Positions 57,705 to 64,000 of a stretch of 64,000 bases of DNA are shown here, piece after piece. Numbering within the stretch: the stretch's first letter is position 1; each line of letters begins with the position of its first letter. Position numbers and translations under genes: made by a program. The notes beneath the pieces were generated by a model. That model saw only the letters and a list, made by a program, of their open reading frames with translations. It did no database searches and was not told where the DNA came from. Origin of the DNA: Massalongia carnosa (taxonomy: Eukaryota); assembly GCA_965645245.1 (NCBI GenBank), contig OZ287083.1, positions 1,054,001 through 1,118,000 on the forward strand. The letters are read 5' to 3'.

Positions 57705-59960
57705 ATGCCGCGTTTCAGTACGGGAGGATCTGACACTGAAGGGGAATCTTCAGACTCTGACCATAGGCGTAAACGCCGGAAGATGGGACAAAATGGTGAA
57801 GCCAATGGCGCTGCTACTCCGCCACCAGCAAACCCGAATTCGTTTGCAGCTAAGATGATGGCGAAAATGGGTTACGTCGAGGGGCAAGGGCTTGGGGCAA
57901 CTGGTCGGGGAAGACTCGCCCCAATTCAGACGCAATTAAGGCCTCAAGGGGTGGGGTTGGGTGCTGTGCGGGAGAAGACCAAGCAGGCGAAGGAGGAGGA
58001 GAAGCGTGAAGCCGCATTTCGAGGAGAGGCGTTGGAGGACTCCGGAGAAGAGGAGAAGAATAGGCGGCGAAAGCTGAAAGAGAAGAGGCTTTCAGGAATC
58101 AAAAGTGGGGCTGGAACTCCGATAGCGAAACCAAAGGTCAAATATAGGACAGCGGTGGAAATTGAAGCAACGGCAGATGGGCTGGAGGTTCCAAACGTTC
58201 TTAAATCCATTATAGATGCAACTGGGCAAGAGACAAAGCTATTAACATCGACGGCGGGCCTCATGGCACTGCAAACCGCCATGGTCCCTAGTGAGACAGA
58301 GGCGACGAAGATCGCTCGCAGAGCCCGTAGAGATTTAGAGGCATTTGCAGATGAGTGGAATGGATTGACCGAGCGGAAAACATATTTTGCGTTGCAAGAG
58401 ACGCAGCTGGTCCAAGAGCTCGATGAGGAGGATCAGGCAGCTCGAGATTTGCAAGACCTAATCCATACTACCCAGGATTTGCAAGACTTGATTCTCGATC
58501 CACCAACTCCAAACGCCTCATCCTCTACCTGGGAAGACATCACCGTGAAATTAGAGTCCATGGAATACGGTCTTCACGATGGCATTAATCCAGCTACTTT
58601 GCATGAAGTTGCCGTGGCCACGATACACCCTCTGTTCAAAATATCCATGCAAGACTGGGAGCCCCTCCAAGATCCAGCGAGCGTCGTCGCCTGGATCGAG
58701 CGACTTCGGGGGGTTTTGCAACTTCAACCAGAGCCCAACAAGAACGAGGTTGCTCTGCGGCAGGATAATCATCATCCCAAGCCTTTCACTAAGTCAACTA
58801 CACCCTATGAGACCATGATATACTCTCTCTGGCTCCCCCCCGTCAGATCAGCTATCACCAACGATTGGGACGTCCACGACCCCACGCCCCTCATCACCCT
58901 TGTTCAGACGTGGCGAGCCGTTCTTCCACCCTTTGTTCTCTCCAACGTCATCGATCAGCTCATCGTTCGACGCCTCTCCGACGCTCTTGCAGCATGGAAA
59001 CCTCGAGCCCATCACAAGCGAAACCGTCACAACCAGTCTCCCCATATCTGGTTATTCCCTTGGCTCCAATATCTTGATGATCGTCACACCGATCCCACAG
59101 GCCCTACTGGTCTTCTCACCGAAGTGAAACTAAAATTTAAAACCGTGCTCTCGTCTTGGGACCTCACGACTGGCATTCCCCCTGGACTCGAATCCTGGCG
59201 CGCAGTCCTTCACTCTGAGTTATCCTCTGTCCTCATCCGTTACCTCCTTCCTCGCCTCGCCTTGCATCTCTCCGAAAATCTCCTCATCGACCCCTCAGAC
59301 CAGGAAATGGAACCTCTTACTCAAGCGCTCCAATGGAATCCCTTTTTCGCCTCCAGCACGATAGCCCACTTGCTAGCTGCCGAGTTCTTCCCCAAATGGC
59401 ATCAAACCCTCCACCTGTGGCTAACGTCCTCCCCCAACTACGACGAGATTCGCGAATGGTTCCTCTGGTGGAAAGAGCAGCTCAATTGTCTCGTGCCCAA
59501 CGTTAACGAAGTTCCCGTTATCGCAACCGAGTGGACCAAAGGCCTAGAGACCATATCATTAGCTCTCGACCTTGGCCCAGAAGCAGCATCGCAACTGCCG
59601 CCTCCACCCGCCGGCCCAGCCCTGCCCATGGCCGCCTCTTCTGCCCCGTCCTCCACCTCCGCCAGACCCACCGCTGTCCCCGCGGTTCTGGAAACCCCAA
59701 CCACCTTCCGGGATGTCGTCGAAGACTGGTGCGCCGAGCAAGGGCTGATCATGATGCCCCTCCGTGAAGCAGACCAACAGACCGGTCTTCCGCTGTTCCG
59801 GATCACGGCGAGCGCAAGCGGTAGAGGTGGGGTGGTGGTTTATCTCAAGGGCGACGTGGTGTGGGCTCGTGCCATTACTGCGATCGTTGGCGCGGACGGG
59901 AAGGGCTTCGTTCCTCTAGGGCTTGATGAGGGATTGGCGGCTAGGGCGGAGGGCCGATGA
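57705..59960 (+). CDS. SPP382: G-patch spliceosome disassembly factor TFIP11/Spp382 (Ntr1)
   Basis: G-patch FAAKMMAKMGYVEGQGLGATGRGRLAPI...GLG, a GCFC-like region (WLFPWL, FFPKWHQTLHLWL..PNYDEIREWFLWWK), and C-terminal TFRDVVEDWC. Confidence 0.92.
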   Translation: MPRFSTGGSDTEGESSDSDHRRKRRKMGQNGEANGAATPPPANPNSFAAKMMAKMGYVEGQGLGATGRGRLAPIQTQLRPQGVGLGAVREKTKQAKEEEKREAAFRGEALEDSGEEEKNRRRKLKEKRLSGIKSGAGTPIAKPKVKYRTAVEIEATADGLEVPNVLKSIIDATGQETKLLTSTAGLMALQTAMVPSETEATKIARRARRDLEAFADEWNGLTERKTYFALQETQLVQELDEEDQAARDLQDLIHTTQDLQDLILDPPTPNASSSTWEDITVKLESMEYGLHDGINPATLHEVAVATIHPLFKISMQDWEPLQDPASVVAWIERLRGVLQLQPEPNKNEVALRQDNHHPKPFTKSTTPYETMIYSLWLPPVRSAITNDWDVHDPTPLITLVQTWRAVLPPFVLSNVIDQLIVRRLSDALAAWKPRAHHKRNRHNQSPHIWLFPWLQYLDDRHTDPTGPTGLLTEVKLKFKTVLSSWDLTTGIPPGLESWRAVLHSELSSVLIRYLLPRLALHLSENLLIDPSDQEMEPLTQALQWNPFFASSTIAHLLAAEFFPKWHQTLHLWLTSSPNYDEIREWFLWWKEQLNCLVPNVNEVPVIATEWTKGLETISLALDLGPEAASQLPPPPAGPALPMAASSAPSSTSARPTAVPAVLETPTTFRDVVEDWCAEQGLIMMPLREADQQTGLPLFRITASASGRGGVVVYLKGDVVWARAITAIVGADGKGFVPLGLDEGLAARAEGR

Positions 59961-61311
59961 TGGATTGCGGGGGTGTTCAAGGACGATTGGATGGAGTTTT
60001 GGGTGTCTGCACGGCTTGGAGATGTGGGATTTACTGCACGGAGTAACTTGTACTACTAAACAGTCCAAGGTCCAGGGATTGGTCCATGCATGCATGAAAA
60101 ATCGTCTGCAGAGTTTTACGCGAATTTGGAAAGACGGCTCGTTGGGGATTTAGATTTCTTTTTGATGAACGATGAGCTGTACTCGTCGTTACGTATCTCG
60201 CGATCTAAATACGAAACGTGGTTGGAAAATCGTTACGATCGTTTAAAAAATTTTTTTTGAGATGATGCCTGAATTAGATATAATTTTTCCCCCCATTTTC
60301 ATGGAATATGAAAAAAATCAAGTCAATCAGTCAATCAACAGGATATTATTCTTTCACAACCGTGCTGAGTAGGTGGATCTCTGGTCCCATGAGCTATCAC
60401 TAGGTGGTAGAGTAGATAGTAGAAAGTAGACGGATTGCATATAGGGACTTCCCCCTTAACGAACCGATAACCAACGAGCTCGTAGGGTACCTGAGCGATC
60501 CTCTTTGTTAATCTCTCACTTCGTTAGGCTTCGTATTTTTCGCAGCTTAGGACCGCCCTAGGAACGGAACACTCCTTTCTCTCTCTCTCTTTCTTTCCTT
60601 CTTTCTTCCATGGCTTTCTTTTGATGTTTTGTGAGGTTGAGATTATGGCTGCGTGGTTGAGTATGCATGCGTAGTAGTAGCAAGCAGCAGCAGTGCGTGT
60701 GCTGATTGATGGTAAAAGGATGAGAGGAGTCTGAGGATAGTATGTGGAGAGTCTAGAATGGGAATGGAGGAAGAAGAAAAAAAGGGGGGGGTTGAGAATG
60801 GAGATGCGGGTGAGGGTGGTGGAAAAATAGAGTTTGGAATCAAAGTGGAAATGATAATTGGTATATAAAAAGGGGGCTTCAAAGGAAAGGGGGGATATTG
60901 CTAAAGAACTGGTACATTAGAGGCTCTTTCCTTTTTGGTGTAAAGCTGTAAATCCTGATGGGTGGCTCCTTCCGTTTTCGTGGTTTTTGCAAGTGGTACG
61001 GGCGGCTGCTTGGTAAACAAGGTGATCAACAGACTTCGTCTTCCTTTTTCATCCCAACCCCAACCACAAGCTTCACAACCACAAGCAAAGCAATTCAAAC
61101 CTTTGAGTTACCTTGCCTTTGCATCAAGATCAGCTTTATTTGGAACTGTGATAGAACCCAAAGACATTGCTTTTAACCATCAAAAACTACCACCATATTG
61201 ATTGTATTGCAAGACTTCATCCTGAACAGACGCAGCTTTTTGGAGCGGCCCTTGCATGCAAGTTATTCGATCAATTCAGTATTAACATAACCACTTTGTA
61301 ATTCGCCCAGT

Positions 61312-62951
61312 ATGATCGGCTATCGCGATCTCCTCTCTCCTCCGACGCTAACAGAGCCAGCAACAGCGACCATAATGGATCGCTCCAACACACTTGGAAC
61401 ACGCGTAGATGATCTCATGAAGCCGCTTTCCTTACCCAAAAATATGGGTTTGCGTGAGACTGAGGAAGTGAGATTCCCTTTCGCTTCCTCCAAGGGTATG
61501 TTTGTTGACAATTGAGATAGCAAATATCAAAGTTGCTCAAGGAAAACTTTGGCTTGAAGCTTGAGATATATCATCGTCGCGCGACGGAACAACCGATTGA
61601 CGGAGTGGTCAAGCTCCTCATCACAAAGCTCATAAAAATAAGAGCTAAGGCTCTTATGGTGGATCAGGATAACCAGGCCTTGAAGGAGACTAATAAAGCT
61701 CTCCTTTTAGAAATAGGAAAGTGCGATGCTGCTGTGCAGGAAGCTACCAGCATAATCTGCGACCTGGAGGAGGTAATCAACCAGAAGTCAAACGAGTTGG
61801 CCGAGATAGTCCACACAGCAGCTATAAAACCAAACTGCCAGGCTTGCCAAGACCGCGCTGATCCTCCAGAGTCAAGTTCACAGTCAGGGACTCTTGTATC
61901 AACATCCAAAACCCAGTCAGGCGAGAGCTCCGAACAGAGATTGCCTCAGCCGATAACGGGTGACCGTTTTCTGTCAAGAGACAAGGTTATGAAGGAAGTC
62001 ACTACCCAAAGACCATTGAAACAAAGTGCTCTCCCGACAAGTCGTAACCCCAAACCAAGTCATTACCGGCCCTCACGCATAGCGCGCCCAAGCTTAGTTA
62101 GAGGAGCCGAGCGGAGATATAGCAGATATCTGATAGCAAGAGACTCGTCAAACTATCCCTACCTAACACGCATACCACGACCATGTGCGTCCAAGGGAAC
62201 AGAAAGGAGATATAACAGATGTTTGATGGCAAGAGACCTATCATACTGTTCTCGCCTAACATACAAACCGCGATCAAATGCGCCCAATGCAACAAAAAGA
62301 TATGGCAGATATTTGACAGCAAGAGATCTGTCAAACTATCCTCGCTTGACACGCATACCGCGACCAAGTGCACTCAAGGGAGTAGAAAGGAGATATAGCA
62401 GATGTTTGATAGCAAGAGGCCCATCAAACTGTTCTCGCCTAACACACAAACCGCGACCAAGTGCGCTCGATGCAACAGAAAGAAGATATAGCAGATGTTT
62501 GATAACAAGAGATCTGTCAAAATGTCGCCGTCTAACATGCAAATCGCAACCAAGTGCGCTCAAGGAAACAGAAAAGAGATATAGCAGATGTTTGATAGCA
62601 AGTGACTTATCAAACTGTTCCCGCCTAACACGCAAACTGCAACCAAATGCGCTCAAGGAAGTAGAAAGGAGATATAACAGATGTTTGATGCCAAGAGATT
62701 CATCAAATTGTCCCCGTCTAACATGCAAATCGCGACCAAGTGCGCTCAAGGAAACAGAAAAGAGATATGAAGGATGTTTGATAGCAAGAGACTCATCAAA
62801 CTGTCCCCGCCTGACACGCAAACCGCGACTAAGTGCGCCCAATGGAGCAGAAAGGAGGTATCGTGGACTCTCAACAAGATCGAGCGGCAGATTGCAAGAG
62901 GATCCTCCTGCTGAGAATCCCTCAGATTCTCCCCATTACAAATGCCTATAG
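61312..62951 (+). CDS. Centrosomin N-terminal motif 1 (CM1/Cnn_1N) coiled-coil protein with a C-terminal 31-aa tandem-repeat array
   Basis: Splicing a short GTGAGA..TAG intron after about 61467 gives MGLRETEE|QISKLLKENFGLKLEIYHRR, matching the CM1 consensus L+E.E..I..L.KENF.LKL+I. Coiled coil follows (KCDAAVQEATSIICDLEE), then the repeats. Confidence 0.75.
62112..62861 (+). repeat. Coding tandem repeat, eight 93-bp units (one is 90 bp) plus partial flanking units
   Basis: AGATAT/AGGTAT anchors at 62115, 62208, 62298, 62391, 62484, 62577, 62670, 62763 and 62856; consensus peptide RRYSRCLIARDLSNCPRLTRKPRPSALKETE. Confidence 0.95.
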
Positions 62952-63753
62952 ATAGAGGCATTGGATTGATAGAGGAGAACAGGGACGAAACCAAGCTCCG
63001 CAACCTGTGCTGGAGGCTCTAGCTCCTTAGCCTGTTGGCATTCTAGCAGTAAAAAGGTTATCCTTGACGAGTTATCGATTACTCCCTGTCCGACCTTGCA
63101 GACCCAATGTTTGGTCTGCCTGTTACTATCTAGTTACGTTTATCCAGGTCCAGGTCCCATTCATATCTTGTGGAAGGAGTGTCTCGGCTTTTTCAGACCT
63201 GGATCAGGGCATGGATGCAACACGCATCCAACCTGCCCGAAATAAGTTCTTCTAAGCAGGGTGTGAGACCGATTTTGTGAAGATCATATAAATTGAGGAC
63301 CAGATATATTGGTAGAAGGGCGGAACGTGGAGTCTAGTGGCGCTGGAGTTTGGGAAGGATTCGAAGTTGGTCAAGACTGGAGTTGGAATTTGGGTATTCG
63401 TGTTTGGTGTGGCTTTAGTTAGAGTAACCTCTTTTGGAAATGCCGAGCAGCCTCGTAAGGCGAGCTTTTCTCACTGATTATGTAATTCTCAACGCTCTGA
63501 AATACTGTGTACGGGTACTCAGGAAACACTCTCGTCGTCCCAAAGCCTTGAAAATTGCCATTCACTTCCTCCATGCTGTTGAATCGGCATACCCCATGTA
63601 TTTCCGTGGGGAGGAGCTTTTTTTCTTTACAACTCACCGTATCTGTTATGTGCGCCGCGCTTCCTTCAATCCCTCAGCGATAATAATCTCTCCCTTTCTA
63701 CCTTGCACCGAGATAAACGTCACCGTCCACTCCCTTCACTTACCTTGGCAATC

Positions 63754-64000
63754 ATGCCTTCAATGTATCTGTCTCAGATCCGGAAATGGTTTCTTCAGTC
63801 CCCCCCAGTGGAATGGGGTATCCAGCAGCTCCGTGAGCTCCTCATTGGTGCGTTACGTCAGGGTCCTATGCCGCAACATGTAGCGTTCGTGATGGACGGC
63901 AACCGGCGGTTTGCGCGGAATCACAGAATAGAGACCGTGGAAGGTCATAACCTTGGTTTCGAAGCTCTTGCCAAAGTGAGCTTTGTCTTCCGCACCTTAC
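63754..64000 (+). CDS. RER2: cis-prenyltransferase / dehydrodolichyl diphosphate synthase, exon 1 (partial; not in the ORF track)
   Basis: 63754-63975 reads MPSMYLSQ...LRQGPMPQHVAFVMDGNRRFAR...VEGHNLGFEALAK, then a GTGAGC donor at 63976. HVAFVMDGNRRFA is the cis-IPPS signature. Confidence 0.9.
   Translation, partial: MPSMYLSQIRKWFLQSPPVEWGIQQLRELLIGALRQGPMPQHVAFVMDGNRRFARNHRIETVEGHNLGFEALAKVSFVFRTL

Noticed and set aside
62112..62861. 93-bp array as a CRISPR-like or non-coding repeat
   Set aside because: Units are contiguous with no unique spacers, lie in an open frame of a eukaryotic gene, and have no cas genes nearby.
63737..63750. ACTTACCTTGG resembling the U1 snRNA 5' end
   Set aside because: No U1 stem-loops or Sm site follow; it lies directly upstream of the RER2 ATG.
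1..64000. tRNA, rRNA or riboswitch elements
   Set aside because: None recognised by eye; tRNAscan-SE and Infernal/Rfam would be needed to exclude them.

Overview
Gene-dense, intron-containing eukaryotic DNA from a filamentous ascomycete (Pezizomycotina-type GT..CTRAC..YAG introns). In order the window holds: CDC4 (running off the left edge); a divergent YTH-domain gene that only appears once five introns are spliced, head-to-head with a HORMA-PHD HOP1-like gene; a hypothetical protein; a UDP-galactose transporter; the MER3/HFM1 helicase; an LRR protein; MDP-1 phosphatase; dynactin p27; MLP1/TPR; TFA2; COQ3; MSF1; and MGE1. Next comes a nested transposon pair: an intact piggyBac-like element with poly-C/poly-G ends and no TTAA, carrying a Tc1/mariner-like DD38E element with perfect 47-bp TIRs and a non-TA target duplication. 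The rest is a Uds1-domain gene, a long low-complexity intergenic region with a probable orphan pseudogene, a large hypothetical protein, TFIP11/SPP382, a centrosomin-CM1 gene fused to eight 93-bp (31-aa) basic Cys/Tyr repeats, and exon 1 of RER2 (running off the right edge). All calls come from motif recognition by eye; no database searches were run.
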